48,148 bases of DNA, from positions 1 through 48,148 of the forward strand of contig JBGCFM010000194.1 in assembly GCA_045106895.1 (NCBI GenBank), read 5' to 3'. The translations under genes were made by a program, and so were the position numbers. Shown here piece after piece: positions 1-10,423 of this stretch. The notes below the pieces were generated by a model that ran no database searches, had not been told where the DNA came from, and saw only the letters and a list, made by a program, of their open reading frames with translations. How positions within the stretch are numbered: the stretch's first letter is position 1; each line of letters starts with the position of its first letter. Source of the stretch: Polyangiales bacterium (GTDB lineage Bacteria > Myxococcota_A > Polyangia > Polyangiales > Houyiibacteriaceae).

Positions 1-3000
1 ATCGCCTGGGTCCACAATGTCCGCGAGGCCGTCCATGTCCGCATCCGCGGCGTCATCGACGCGTCCATCGGAGTCCGCGTCGGTGCCATTGGCCTCGAGG
101 ATATCGAGGAGGCCGTCGTCGTCGGAGTCGAGGTCAAGGTAGTCCGCGGGGCCGCTTCCGTCCGTGTTCGTCGGCTCGTCCGTCATGATGTTGGTCTTGT
201 CCGCATCATCGGCGTCGAACACAGCCAAGAGGCCGTCGCCGTCATCATCCGCGGCGGCATCCACCTGACCGTCACCATCGACATCGAACTCGGCGCCGCC
301 GTTTTCCCAAAGATCTGGAATCCCGTCATTGTCGGCGTCGATGTCGAGGTGGTTGGGAACTCCATCGTTGTCCGCATCGTGATCGTTCTCGATGTCGCCA
401 TCGTCGGGGCCCGCGGCGGCGTACTCGTCGCGCGTGAGGACTCCGTCGTTGTCGTCATCGACGTCGTCGAAGTCGGGCTGCCCGTCGCCGTCGGAGTCGG
501 GGCACGTGTCGTCCGTAGGCGATACGCCCGGGCGCGCAAGGGCATCAATGATCCCGTCGCCGTCCGTGTCCGCCGGAGCGAAACCTGGGTCGAGGTAGTC
601 GAGGATGTCGTTGTCATCCAGATCGCCATCGAGCGCGGGCCGGGTGTCCTCCGTCAGATCCGGCGTGTCATCGCCGTCGCTGTCCGTGTCGTACCAGTTG
701 GGCAAGCCGTCCTCGTCGACGTCGCTCGGCGTGGTTGCAGGACCCATGTAGTCCGCGGCGTCCTGGATCTCCGTCGCCGTGAGGATGCTGTCTCCATCGT
801 CGTCGGCGTCCTGGAAGTCCGGCCGCCCGTCCATGTCGAGGTCCGGCGTGGGCGCCACGATGCCGATCACGCCACCGCAGTCCGCGGCGTCGGCGCAGTC
901 GCCATCGAAGGCATCGTCGAGGCCGTCCATGTCCGTGTCGGTGCCACTTGGTTCCACGTCCGGCGTTCCGTCATGGTCCGCGTCGTGCCCTTCGGCCGAG
1001 TCCGCAAGTCCGTCGCCATCCGCGTCGACTTCGAGATAGTCCGGCGTGCCGTCCATATCACTGTCGCTGCACATCGAAGGCACCGGGCACTCGACGCCAT
1101 CGGTGATGCCGTCGGCGTCGGAGTCCACATCACGCCAATCGGGCAACATGTCCGAGTCGGAGTTCGGCTGCGGCGCAAGCACGCCGATGACGCCGCCGCA
1201 GACAGCGTCGATGCAGTCCGGATCAAAGGCATCGTCAAGACCGTCCATGTCCGTGTCCGCTCCGCTCGCCATGACGTCGGGGTTGCCGTCCATGTCGTCG
1301 TCGAAGGCTTCCGTCGCGTCGATGATGCCATCGTCGTCGGAGTCGACGTCTTGGTAGTCCGGCGTGTCGTCGCCGTCGCTGTCCGGCGCCGGTAGTGCGG
1401 ACGCGCCGAAGAGGGAGTCGTCGATGCCGTCGAGGTTTGTATCCGCCGCGGCACCATCGGGCTGACCGTTGCCGTCGTCGTCGGTGCCTCCGCCTTCGAC
1501 GGTGTCCGTCAGGCCGTCGTCGTCGGAGTCGAGGTCCAAGAAGTCCGGGCCTGCGGCCTCATCGGTGTTTGGGATCGGAAGAGCATCCGCTTCAAGGGCG
1601 TCGCTGAGACCGTTTCCGTTCGCGTCTGAGAAGCCGTCGACGATGCCGTTTCCGTCGTCGTCGACGCCGCCGCCCTCCACGGTGTCCACGAGGCCATCGC
1701 CATCGGCGTCTCGGTCCAGGTGGTTGGGGATGCCGTCGCCGTCGAAGTCAAACTGCGGCAGCACGCTGTCGCACATCAGGTCGCCGTTCATGTCGTCGCA
1801 GGCCTGAAGCGCCGCGTCGTTGTAGTCCGGGACGCCGTTGTCGTTCGAGTCGTCGCTCAGGTCATCGCCGCCGAGCTCGTCCGCGTCGAGGATGCCGTCG
1901 TTGTCGTCATCGAGGTCAACATCGTCGGGCACGTTGTCCATGTCTGAGTCGCCGAAGACGCACATGCCGCCGGCGCTGCAGACCTGGCTTCCAAGGCATT
2001 CGTCGTCGGTGAGACATTCCACGCAGGTCCGATTGGCGAGGTCACAGATCGGAAGAGGCGTTCCTTCGCAGTCGCTCATCTCGTTGCAGCCAGGGACGCA
2101 GGTGTTGTCGCCCCCGCAGACTTCGCCGGCCACGGTGCATTGGGAGTCCATCAGGCACTCCACGCACATGGCGGCCATTCCAACGGGCTCAGCGCACAGC
2201 GCATTCGGCGCCATGCAGCCGTTGTCCGCCATGTCGCCGCTTTCGTTGTCTTCACAGACCACGCACACCGGCGACGCCGCGTTCGAGTCGTCACAGACTG
2301 GGCCCGCGGCGCCGCAACCATCGTCGGTTCCGCCGTTCGTCGAGTCAACGCAGGCGACGCAGGTCGGTGCTCCGCCCACGCTCACGCAAAGTGGAGCTGC
2401 CGCTGCGCAGCCGTCGTCGAGTCCGGCGCCGCTCATCGTGTCTGCACAGACCACGCAGCTGCCGCCGCCGCCGTCCGCGTCACAGACGCCGCCGTCACAC
2501 ACGTCGCCTTCGTCGAGGCCCGCGCAGTCGCCGGTGACGAAGGTCTCGCTGTCCATCACGGAAATGCCCGCACTGGTGCCGCTCGCGACGGCGGTGTAGG
2601 TCGCGCCTTGGTCGAGTCCCGTGATCGCCGCGGAACACATCCACGCGCCACTCGCAGCTACGGTGGCCATGCAAGTGGCGTCAAAGCCGCCGGGACCGGT
2701 GACGCGCACTGTCACGGTGCTCCCTGGGGCAAATCCCGAAGAGGTTCCGCTTGGCGTCGTCGTGGTCGTCGTGAGTGGACCGCCGGCGTCGGGGTCGGCG
2801 AGGTCGACGCTCACCACGAGACCGCAGATGCCCGCGGTGCAGATGGCGGCGTCGCACTGACCCGCACTCGTGCAGTCTTCGCCGTCGGTGCGGAGGCACA
2901 TCGCCGTGCATGTCGCGCTCGCGGAGCCGGTGTCGCACGCTTCTGCGCCGCGCACGTAGGCGTCGCCGCAAACCTGCTGCCAGTTGGGCGTTCCATTGCC

Positions 3001-5118
3001 ATCGGCGTCCAGCGCCGTAGCGTCGGCATCCGTGACCGGGTCACCCCCTGCAAAGTCCGGGTCGTAGGCGTTGTCGATGCCGTCATTGTCGGCGTCGTTT
3101 CCGCTGGCGGTGGTTTCCGAGCCGTTGAGCGTACCGTTGCCGTTCGTGTCGAAGGCTTCGACGCGGTCGAGGAGGCCATCGCCATCGGAATCCGGGTCGA
3201 GGTAGTCTGGCTGGCCGCCGTCCGTGTTCGTCGGCGCTCCCGCGAGAGCGCCCGAAACGCAGGCGCCAAGGGCGTTGGTTGCTGTGCAGGCGTCGGGTCT
3301 TCCGTCTCCGTTGCTGTCGTCGCCGCCGCTCTCGCGGACGTCGGTGAGTCCGTCGCCGTCGGCATCTCGGTCAAGGTGGTTGGGAATGCCGTCTTCGTCG
3401 ATGTCGATGGCCGTCGGCAGCGAGGTGCAGACGCCTGCCACGGAAGCGCAGCCGCCGGGCGTGTGGTCAGGGTCCGCGTAGTTGGGCACGCCGTCGCCGT
3501 CGTTGTCCGCGCTTGGGTCACCAGTGATTCCCGCGACCTCCGTGACATCGAGAATGCCATCGTTGTCGTCATCGACATCGACGACGTCGGGGATGTCGTC
3601 GCCGTCCTGGTCGTCGCAGAGCGTCGAGCGATCGGAAGCGAGCACCAAGATGCTCTGGTCGGTGAGCGCGGAGGGCTGCACGCATCGCGTGACTTCCGCG
3701 CCGCCGGGGAACTTGACCGTGAGGGTGTAGAACGCCGCGTTGCCGTCGCCGAGACCCAGGTGAATCTCGCCGGGGCCGCCGACGCCGTGTCCACTGCCGC
3801 CGTCGAGCTGCGTGATAGGCCCCTGAAAAGGAGCGGCACCGAACGCGGCGACGATTCGCGCCGTGACACCGGTTTCCGGCCGAGTTCGGCCTCCTGCCAC
3901 GCGTACGACCGGGGTGACCATGAGGAAGTCACTGCCCCCGGTCTGGTTTTCCCAGAGCTGCGCGGCGCCGTCCGTGTTGACGGCGAGGTCGAGGTCGCCG
4001 TCGTTGTCGTAGTCGGCGAACTGCGAGCCCTCGCTGTCTGTCGCGCCGGCGATGCCCAGGTTGTTCCGCGTGAAGACGCCGGAGCCGTCATTCAAGAAGA
4101 GGTGGTCGGTACCGCTGCTCGTGAGGAAGAGGTCCATGTCGCCGTCGTTGTCGACGTCGCCGCAGGAAGCGCCGTCGATGTTGCCCGCGATGCCGGAGGC
4201 GGGCTGCCCCGTCGCCGTCCAGGTGCGGGCAGCGCTCTGGCGCCAGAACTGGTTGGTACCGGCGTCGGTCCAGAAAAGGTCGAGGCGTCCGTCGCCATCG
4301 ATGTCGCAGGGCGTAACGCCGCCCTTATTGCCGTTGGAAGCAGGCTGGTCGAAATTCAGGTCTGCCGTAAACGTACCGTCGCCGTTTCCGTAGTAGATAT
4401 CGGCGCCACCGTTCTTGCGGCCGATGACGTCCATGTTTCCGTCGCCGTCGATGTCGACGACGCTGAGGTAGTCGCCGTCCGTGGTCGAGTTGATGCCCGG
4501 AAGGCCGGCCGCGGGGGTTTGAGAGAAGGTCCCATCACCGCCATTGAGCATCAGCGCGATGCCGTCGTCGTGGTTCTCCACCAAGAGGTCGAGGAATCCG
4601 TCTCCGTCGGCGTCGACGGCCCCGATGCCTTCGGTGTTGAAGTCGTCGAGCATGGACCAAGTGCTGCGGACAATATTCGGCGTCAGCGTGGCGCCGGTCC
4701 CGAAGGTGTAGTCGTCACCGATCATCGGCGGCACGATGGGACCATTGTTGAAGTAGATCTCCATACGCCGATTGTTGTTTCGAACGATGTCGAGGTAGCC
4801 GTCGTTGTTCAGGTCGACGAGAAGCGCGGACCGGTCTCCGTTGTTCCTCAGAAGACCCGGCGCGAGCGTCGTCGTCACATCGACAAGCTCAGGGCTCACG
4901 GCGCTGCAGTTGTTCTGGAGCAGACGTGAACGCTGCGTTGCATCTGCCGTGTTGATCAACAGGTCCAGGCAGCCGTCATTGTTGAAGTCGCCCCATGCCA
5001 AGCCGCCATCTTTGTTGCCGGTGACCGCAGCATCGGTGCCCGGGGCCACGTTGACGAACTGCGCGTAGGCGGAAGAGGAGAGGACCAAAGAGATGGCCAC
5101 AAAAACAAACGAACGCAT
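1..5118 (-). CDS. Giant secreted FG-GAP/VCBS + ASPIC/UnbV + thrombospondin type-3 (Ca-binding) repeat + Cys-rich/Ig-like protein, 3'-truncated by window edge (>=1706 aa)
   Basis: Manual translation of sampled segments from ATG 5118: MRSFVFVAISLVLSSSAYAQF (signal peptide), WGDFNNDGCLDLLI and VDLNNDGYLDIV (FG-GAP), QLDGGSGHG...IHLGLG (ASPIC/UnbV), many DxDxDGxxD repeats. The same frame still reads ...DADMDGLADIVDPGD at base 1. It is absent from the ORF track because no stop lies in the window. The long + strand ORFs here are in-register antisense shadows. Confidence 0.9.
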   Translation of the reverse strand, partial: MRSFVFVAISLVLSSSAYAQFVNVAPGTDAAVTGNKDGGLAWGDFNNDGCLDLLINTADATQRSRLLQNNCSAVSPELVDVTTTLAPGLLRNNGDRSALLVDLNNDGYLDIVRNNNRRMEIYFNNGPIVPPMIGDDYTFGTGATLTPNIVRSTWSMLDDFNTEGIGAVDADGDGFLDLLVENHDDGIALMLNGGDGTFSQTPAAGLPGINSTTDGDYLSVVDIDGDGNMDVIGRKNGGADIYYGNGDGTFTADLNFDQPASNGNKGGVTPCDIDGDGRLDLFWTDAGTNQFWRQSAARTWTATGQPASGIAGNIDGASCGDVDNDGDMDLFLTSSGTDHLFLNDGSGVFTRNNLGIAGATDSEGSQFADYDNDGDLDLAVNTDGAAQLWENQTGGSDFLMVTPVVRVAGGRTRPETGVTARIVAAFGAAPFQGPITQLDGGSGHGVGGPGEIHLGLGDGNAAFYTLTVKFPGGAEVTRCVQPSALTDQSILVLASDRSTLCDDQDGDDIPDVVDVDDDNDGILDVTEVAGITGDPSADNDGDGVPNYADPDHTPGGCASVAGVCTSLPTAIDIDEDGIPNHLDRDADGDGLTDVRESGGDDSNGDGRPDACTATNALGACVSGALAGAPTNTDGGQPDYLDPDSDGDGLLDRVEAFDTNGNGTLNGSETTASGNDADNDGIDNAYDPDFAGGDPVTDADATALDADGNGTPNWQQVCGDAYVRGAEACDTGSASATCTAMCLRTDGEDCTSAGQCDAAICTAGICGLVVSVDLADPDAGGPLTTTTTTPSGTSSGFAPGSTVTVRVTGPGGFDATCMATVAASGAWMCSAAITGLDQGATYTAVASGTSAGISVMDSETFVTGDCAGLDEGDVCDGGVCDADGGGGSCVVCADTMSGAGLDDGCAAAAPLCVSVGGAPTCVACVDSTNGGTDDGCGAAGPVCDDSNAASPVCVVCEDNESGDMADNGCMAPNALCAEPVGMAAMCVECLMDSQCTVAGEVCGGDNTCVPGCNEMSDCEGTPLPICDLANRTCVECLTDDECLGSQVCSAGGMCVFGDSDMDNVPDDVDLDDDNDGILDADELGGDDLSDDSNDNGVPDYNDAALQACDDMNGDLMCDSVLPQFDFDGDGIPNHLDRDADGDGLVDTVEGGGVDDDGNGIVDGFSDANGNGLSDALEADALPIPNTDEAAGPDFLDLDSDDDGLTDTVEGGGTDDDGNGQPDGAAADTNLDGIDDSLFGASALPAPDSDGDDTPDYQDVDSDDDGIIDATEAFDDDMDGNPDVMASGADTDMDGLDDAFDPDCIDAVCGGVIGVLAPQPNSDSDMLPDWRDVDSDADGITDGVECPVPSMCSDSDMDGTPDYLEVDADGDGLADSAEGHDADHDGTPDVEPSGTDTDMDGLDDAFDGDCADAADCGGVIGIVAPTPDLDMDGRPDFQDADDDGDSILTATEIQDAADYMGPATTPSDVDEDGLPNWYDTDSDGDDTPDLTEDTRPALDGDLDDNDILDYLDPGFAPADTDGDGIIDALARPGVSPTDDTCPDSDGDGQPDFDDVDDDNDGVLTRDEYAAAGPDDGDIENDHDADNDGVPNHLDIDADNDGIPDLWENGGAEFDVDGDGQVDAAADDDGDGLLAVFDADDADKTNIMTDEPTNTDGSGPADYLDLDSDDDGLLDILEANGTDADSDGRVDDAADADMDGLADIVDPGD

Positions 5119-5189
5119 GAAAACCTCTTAAAATACAAAGACGCAGGACAGATCCCACATATGGGTGACAAACGTAGCAGCTGCTGGGG

Positions 5190-6434
5190 TCAAAAGCACT
5201 CGTAGAGCAACACGTCCGTGGCGCTGACCTCCGGCGCGGCTCGGTGGAGGAGGATGGAGCGGCCAGCCATCGCGATGTCGGCGCCGCCTAGGTCTTGGAC
5301 GAGGTCCTCGCCGACCTCTGCGCCGGCGGGGAGTCCGTCGCGGCCGAAGACGAGCATGCGGGTGGCGGAGTCGATGCGTCCGCCGGCCCAGGAGTAGCCG
5401 ATGACGACGGCGCCGCCGGCTGGCGAAGAAGACGCGCGGAGGTATTCGGCGCCGTAGCCCGGAAGCTCGATTTCGTAGCGCTGGTCGATGAGGACCTCGC
5501 CGCTTGCGCTCAAGACGCGCATGCGCAGCATGGAGTCTTCAAGGGAGTAGACCGCCCACGCGCCAGGGATGAAGGGCCAGGCCGTGAGCGCCGCTTCGCT
5601 GTGCGGACGGTCCGCGTCGATGGCGATGTACGTCGGACTCGGCGCGGAACGCGGCCAGTGAAAGAGCGACAAGGCGGCGGGACTCACGGAGAGGGCGCCA
5701 AAGCCGTCGCTGGATGGTGCGATGGAGGCGACGGAGTCTCGAATGTCGATGGTGATGGGCTCTTCGCGCTGGCCTCCGCCCGGGTTGGCGCGGCTCACTT
5801 GTGCCGCGGCATCGCAGCCCGGTCGCCAGCCCACGCCCCAGCCTGCGCCGTCGTGGGCGAGGCCGGCGCAGAGCGCCTGGTTGCCGCATCCGCCTTGGAG
5901 CGGCTCGGTTGCAGCGCCCGTATGCAATGTGGTCCCGGAGCACACGGCGAACTCGGTGCCGTTCGATGCGATGCTCCCGGGACCGCGGGCGTCGCCAGCG
6001 GCGGCTTCTTCCGCAACGCGCAGGCTCTCTCCGACTCGAAGCACAGGCCGCGTAAGCAGACGCGCGGGTCGATCACGGCAGGTCCGGAACTCGGTGATGA
6101 GGAGCTGGAACGCAGCATCGACGCCTCCGATGTCTTCGGCGCCGGGGAGCGGCGCGACTCTCGGGAACGTGATGGCGCCGCAGTCGACGGAGGGCCAAGG
6201 CACGCGGGCTTCGGCCACGAGGCGAAGGGAGCGACACTCGGCGCCGGCATCGGTTCCGGAGTCTCGGGCGGCGTCCATGACAGGGACGTCAAAAGTCGGC
6301 GCATCGAAACTCGGCGCAGGAACATCAAACGTCGGCGCGTCGAAGGGCACGTCAGGTCTCACGCCCGCGTCACCATCAATCCCGTGAGACTTGTAGCAAG
6401 CAACCAGAAGGAGACAGGTGATCGCGAGACGCAT
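5190..6434 (-). CDS. Hypothetical lipoprotein
   Basis: MRLAITCLLLVAC lipobox-like N-terminus, duplicated FDAPTFDVP linker with DAG motifs, then a beta-rich globular region. Confidence 0.75.
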   Translation of the reverse strand: MRLAITCLLLVACYKSHGIDGDAGVRPDVPFDAPTFDVPAPSFDAPTFDVPVMDAARDSGTDAGAECRSLRLVAEARVPWPSVDCGAITFPRVAPLPGAEDIGGVDAAFQLLITEFRTCRDRPARLLTRPVLRVGESLRVAEEAAAGDARGPGSIASNGTEFAVCSGTTLHTGAATEPLQGGCGNQALCAGLAHDGAGWGVGWRPGCDAAAQVSRANPGGGQREEPITIDIRDSVASIAPSSDGFGALSVSPAALSLFHWPRSAPSPTYIAIDADRPHSEAALTAWPFIPGAWAVYSLEDSMLRMRVLSASGEVLIDQRYEIELPGYGAEYLRASSSPAGGAVVIGYSWAGGRIDSATRMLVFGRDGLPAGAEVGEDLVQDLGGADIAMAGRSILLHRAAPEVSATDVLLYECF

Positions 6435-6456
6435 GTCTTTCTATGGCACGTGCGGA

Positions 6457-9258
6457 CTAGCCGTGCTCTTCCAGCCAGCCCGTCGCCGCCGACTCTTGCC
6501 AGCCCCACTTCGCGTCGCGGACGAACTCCATGCCTGCCTTGAGGCTCTTCCAGGGCGGAAGGTGACGCAGGATAGGGTCCTTGATGTCCGTGCTCACGTG
6601 CTTGAGCATCTCGTCGCAGAGCGCCGTCGTCGACTCCGCTTCAGGGAGGGTCAGGAGCACGCCCATCGCTTCTTTGAGCAAATAGCGGGGGTCGTCGGAG
6701 ATCTTGCCGTCGATGCTGAGAAGGCTTCGCACCGCGCCTTCAAGGGCTGCTCGCGCGCTCTCGTCGCCCTTCGTGGCGCGCGCTGCGTGACAGCGCCCGA
6801 TGACGCTGACGTCCGTCAGAACCGCTTGAAGCGCTTCTGGGCTCATGGCTTTGGCTTCGAACCAAGTCACCCGCTTCGGCACATCGAACCCGCCTAGCTT
6901 TGCGAGCTTTGTGTCGAGCTCGACGTCGAGACCACAGGCGGCCTTCAGTGAGTCCAGCTGTGGAGTGAGCTCAAAGAGCTCACATGCGAGGAGCGCGAGC
7001 CGGCGCTGAGCGATGGTCCCTTTGTCGTCGTAGCCGCGCTTTGTGAATGCGAGGTGCAACGCCGTCGCGATGGCCTCGTCGTCTTGGGCCACGATGGCCA
7101 TGGCTAGCTGGGTCTGTGGCTTTCGCTTCGACGAAGGCTCCACGCCTTGCGCCGCTTCGAACCCTGGGCGCGCCTTGGCCACGGCGAGGAGCGCCATGGT
7201 GTTCTCTTCGGGGTCGTTCATCTGCGTGACGAACTCGAGGGCTCGCTCGGCCATCACGTCCGTGAACGCATCCGGCGCGATGGTCGCGATGGCGAGCGCC
7301 GCCTGAGCGCGCGCTTTGCGAAGACGCATCGACGCGCTCTCGGCGAAAGGCGTGAGCTCTGACGCAGCGGAGGCGTCGCCGATGAGGCGAAGGGACTCGC
7401 CAAGGTAGCCAAGGAAGGTGTCGTATTTGAGGGCGGTCTCGAACTCGCCTTCGGAGGGGATCTTTGCGAGGAACGCGCGCAGAGGCGCGGCAAAGCGTGC
7501 GTCTCCGAGGCAGCCTGCGAGGCGAACGACGCTGTGTTCGTACCAGCTGGGGTCTTCGAGTTCGAGGGTCTCGAGCTTGTCTTGGAGCGCGCTGAGCCCT
7601 TCTTCTTTGACGAGGTCGGGCCGGTGCATGAGGGCGAGGAGCAGGTCGTTCCCGCCGATCATCGCTTCGTTTTCATCGGCGTCGCTGCCATGAACGAGGC
7701 TGCCGAGGATGACCTGGTGAAGCGCGGCGTCGCTGTGTGTCGCGAGGTGGCGAACGGCGTCGTGCTGCTCGTGCCGATAGAGGCTGTTGTCGCGGGAGTA
7801 GCCCTGCTCAAGAAGAAACGTGGCCGCTTCCTTCGCCGCCGCGCGGGAGGGACGAGACAGCAGCACGTGGAACATGGTGCCGGCAAGCTCGGGGCGGCTT
7901 AGGCGCTCCGCGACGTAGGCGTACTCCGCGTCTCCCTGGAGTTCCCTCAGCTCCGTGCGAACGGTGGCGCGCTCTGCTTCGACTTCACCCTTGCGTGCTT
8001 CGGCCTCGGCTTCTCGGGCCGCCTTGCGCCGTGGGTCGAGGTCCAGGCCGCGGAACTTCTCCAGGAGCGCTGGCCAGTCGGCAATGCGCCCGAGGGCTTT
8101 TCGTCCGCCGCGCAGCTCGTCGATGAGCTTCGCCGCGTCACGAACAAGGCGCCCCGGGTGCTTGCGGCAGATTTCTAGGTACTGCGAAAGCTCCGGCTCA
8201 TCGAAAAGGTAGGCGCGCCAGGTGGCGTAGAGCGCTGTCGACGTCGAGCGGCTCGCGATCTCCATGCGCGCCGGCACGTGCTCTGCGGGGAGCACGACGT
8301 TGAGGTTCTCGGTGAACATATCGCGGATGTCGACGTGGCCGTTGTGGCGAAAAACATGCGTCATCCAGAGCGAGCGCCAAAAGAGAAAGAGCGGCGCGCA
8401 TTCGTTCGGCGCCTTTTCGAAACCTTCGAAGTCTTCGTCGCGCTCGTCCATGCTGAAGTGCCAGCTTGGTGCCACGCGGCCTCTGAGCGCCTCGTAGCCG
8501 GCGGTGGCGACGCTCTCGGAGACACGTTCATCGTCCACGGCGCGGCAGAGCGCGGCGAGGTAAACGAGGGATTCCAGGTCGACGCTGAAGGCCCACTCAA
8601 AGCTATGCGTCTCGTGGTCATAGAAGAACACCATCGGCTCTTCTTGGCCGTCCGGCGGCGAGAGTTCGAGGTGGTAGCTGTCGCCGTTTCCAAGGGTGCC
8701 AATGCACACCAGTCCCGAGAAAACTTCCGGCAGCGCCGTGCCTAGGTAGTTCAGCTGGTCGTTGAGAATGCACTTCTCGAAGAGGTTCTCGTCTTCCGGG
8801 GGCAGCTGCATGAGCGCCGCGTCCAGGCGAAGCTCCGTAAAGGTGGACCAGGTGTTCGCGCCGAGCGTCGCGTCTTCGAAGGCCAGCAGCTGCGCCGGGG
8901 CTTCGGCGTTGAAGACCTCCTTCAGGGTGCTCGTGTCGCCGTGCCAGAGCCCGTGCCACTTTCGCATGGCTTCGTTCTGCCAAGCGTCGGCTCCCTTCAG
9001 CTCTTCTTCCTCTTGCTCTTCTTCATCTTGCTCTTCTTCCTCTTGCTTCTCCTCCTCGTCGCTCCCTGCAGATTCATCCGCTTCCGGGACCGGCGCCTCT
9101 TCTTCGGGCTCGGCGGCGGACGGCTCTGGCTCGGGGAACACAAGAGGCAGGCCCTCGTTCATCGCGCACACAAATCGTCGCAGGCGGCTCGGTACGCTCG
9201 TCGCGTCCAAAAAGCCTTGGGGTCCGTCTGCAAAAATCTCGTCCATGTCCGCGCTCAT
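6457..9258 (-). CDS. Large protein with SUKH/SMI1-KNR4-like segment and C-terminal alpha-helical (HEAT-like) repeats
   Basis: Long ORF (track 6457..9366; likely start ATG 9258, MSADMDEIF). Poly-Glu tract, then IGTLGNGDSYHLEL...EPMVFFYDHE resembling the SUKH core. Ala/Leu-rich helical C-terminus (ARAQAALAIATI). Confidence 0.65.
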   Translation of the reverse strand: MSADMDEIFADGPQGFLDATSVPSRLRRFVCAMNEGLPLVFPEPEPSAAEPEEEAPVPEADESAGSDEEEKQEEEEQDEEEQEEEELKGADAWQNEAMRKWHGLWHGDTSTLKEVFNAEAPAQLLAFEDATLGANTWSTFTELRLDAALMQLPPEDENLFEKCILNDQLNYLGTALPEVFSGLVCIGTLGNGDSYHLELSPPDGQEEPMVFFYDHETHSFEWAFSVDLESLVYLAALCRAVDDERVSESVATAGYEALRGRVAPSWHFSMDERDEDFEGFEKAPNECAPLFLFWRSLWMTHVFRHNGHVDIRDMFTENLNVVLPAEHVPARMEIASRSTSTALYATWRAYLFDEPELSQYLEICRKHPGRLVRDAAKLIDELRGGRKALGRIADWPALLEKFRGLDLDPRRKAAREAEAEARKGEVEAERATVRTELRELQGDAEYAYVAERLSRPELAGTMFHVLLSRPSRAAAKEAATFLLEQGYSRDNSLYRHEQHDAVRHLATHSDAALHQVILGSLVHGSDADENEAMIGGNDLLLALMHRPDLVKEEGLSALQDKLETLELEDPSWYEHSVVRLAGCLGDARFAAPLRAFLAKIPSEGEFETALKYDTFLGYLGESLRLIGDASAASELTPFAESASMRLRKARAQAALAIATIAPDAFTDVMAERALEFVTQMNDPEENTMALLAVAKARPGFEAAQGVEPSSKRKPQTQLAMAIVAQDDEAIATALHLAFTKRGYDDKGTIAQRRLALLACELFELTPQLDSLKAACGLDVELDTKLAKLGGFDVPKRVTWFEAKAMSPEALQAVLTDVSVIGRCHAARATKGDESARAALEGAVRSLLSIDGKISDDPRYLLKEAMGVLLTLPEAESTTALCDEMLKHVSTDIKDPILRHLPPWKSLKAGMEFVRDAKWGWQESAATGWLEEHG

Positions 9259-9384
9259 CGTTGCCCTTTCGTTTTCGCGGGAGGACTCAGCAGCTCCCGT
9301 GCCATGTTTGTGGGTGAGAAAACCGGGGCTCTTGGAAGATGCAGCCGTGCGCACCTGTCGCAGCAAGCAACTCTTGCGCGCGCG

Positions 9385-10371
9385 CTAGAGCGCGAGTTCC
9401 GCCAGCTCGTCGGCGACGGCGACAAGACCCTCTCGGTTTTCAAGCTTCTCAAGCCAGCGCGCGGGAATGGCGTCCACTCCATGAAACGCCCCCGCAATGG
9501 AACCGGCGATGCACGCGATGCTGTCCGAGTCGCCGTCGGTATTCGCCGCCATCACAAGCGCCTCTTCCAGGCTGTCCGGCGCCCGCCAGAAACAGTAGAG
9601 CGCGCTCGCGATGGCTTCTTCGGCGACCCAAGACTCGCCGAGGCCCGCGCTGCTGAGGGCGACCTCCGGCGGCTGACTCATCATCTCCGGCAGCTGCGCG
9701 AGGCGCGCTTCAAAGTCTGGGCTGCGTCCGGCGGCCATCTCCATCAAGGCTTCCCACATCGCCTTCGGCGGCGTCTGCTCCATGGCGAGGGCCACGAGGA
9801 GCGCGGCGGCGGCGGCTCCTTCGATGCCGGCGCTGTGTCCATGCGTGAGCACCGAACTCGCTCGGGCCACGTCCAGCAGCGTGTCGCGCTCTTTGGCGTA
9901 GACCAGCCCGATGGGCGCCACGCGCATCGCGCTTCCGCAGCCCTTGGAGTCGGCGACGCCGGCTTCACGCCAAGGGACGCCTTGGGCGAGCTTGCTGCAC
10001 CCCGTCATGCACGCGTTGCCCGGCGCGCGGTCATTGTCGTCCGAGCGTGACCACTCCACGAAGTGTCCTGCGATGCACTTCATCACGCCGTCGACGTCGC
10101 GGAGGTCTTGCGCGTCGCGAAGACCGTGCGCGAGGGCGAGGGTCATCTGCGTATCGTCGGAGTAGGTGCCTGGGGGATGTGCGCGGCCTGCAATGAAGGG
10201 TACGCCGGGCCAGCGCTCGTCCTGGAGCGCGATGAGGTCGCGGATGCCGGCGGGGCCGAAGGACTTGAGGATCTGCGCGCGGGATCGGAACTCCGGCGGG
10301 AAGCCAAGGGCGTCGCCGGCGGCGAGGCCAAGGATGCAGCCTCGAAAGGCTGCCTCGGTGGATGAGCTCAT
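9385..10371 (-). CDS. ADP-ribosylglycohydrolase (DraG/ARH family)
   Basis: GCILGLAAGDALG, GTYSDDTQMT, GSAMRVAPIG, THGH and GDSDSIACIAGSIAGA motifs. Start ATG 10371 is preceded by TATAGT at 6 nt. Confidence 0.92.
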   Translation of the reverse strand: MSSSTEAAFRGCILGLAAGDALGFPPEFRSRAQILKSFGPAGIRDLIALQDERWPGVPFIAGRAHPPGTYSDDTQMTLALAHGLRDAQDLRDVDGVMKCIAGHFVEWSRSDDNDRAPGNACMTGCSKLAQGVPWREAGVADSKGCGSAMRVAPIGLVYAKERDTLLDVARASSVLTHGHSAGIEGAAAAALLVALAMEQTPPKAMWEALMEMAAGRSPDFEARLAQLPEMMSQPPEVALSSAGLGESWVAEEAIASALYCFWRAPDSLEEALVMAANTDGDSDSIACIAGSIAGAFHGVDAIPARWLEKLENREGLVAVADELAELAL

Positions 10372-10423
10372 AGGCGAACTATAGTGCAGTCGACACCTGC
10401 GCGGGCGCTTGTCAGACTGGGGC

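Noticed and set aside
1..3620. Dense gtcgtc/gccgtc periodicity as a non-coding repeat array
   Set aside because: Explained by Asp/Gly codons of thrombospondin type-3 repeats on the minus strand
349..4929. Long + strand ORFs (349..1395, 2140..4929)
   Set aside because: Val/Arg-rich, in-register antisense shadows of the real minus-strand repeat protein
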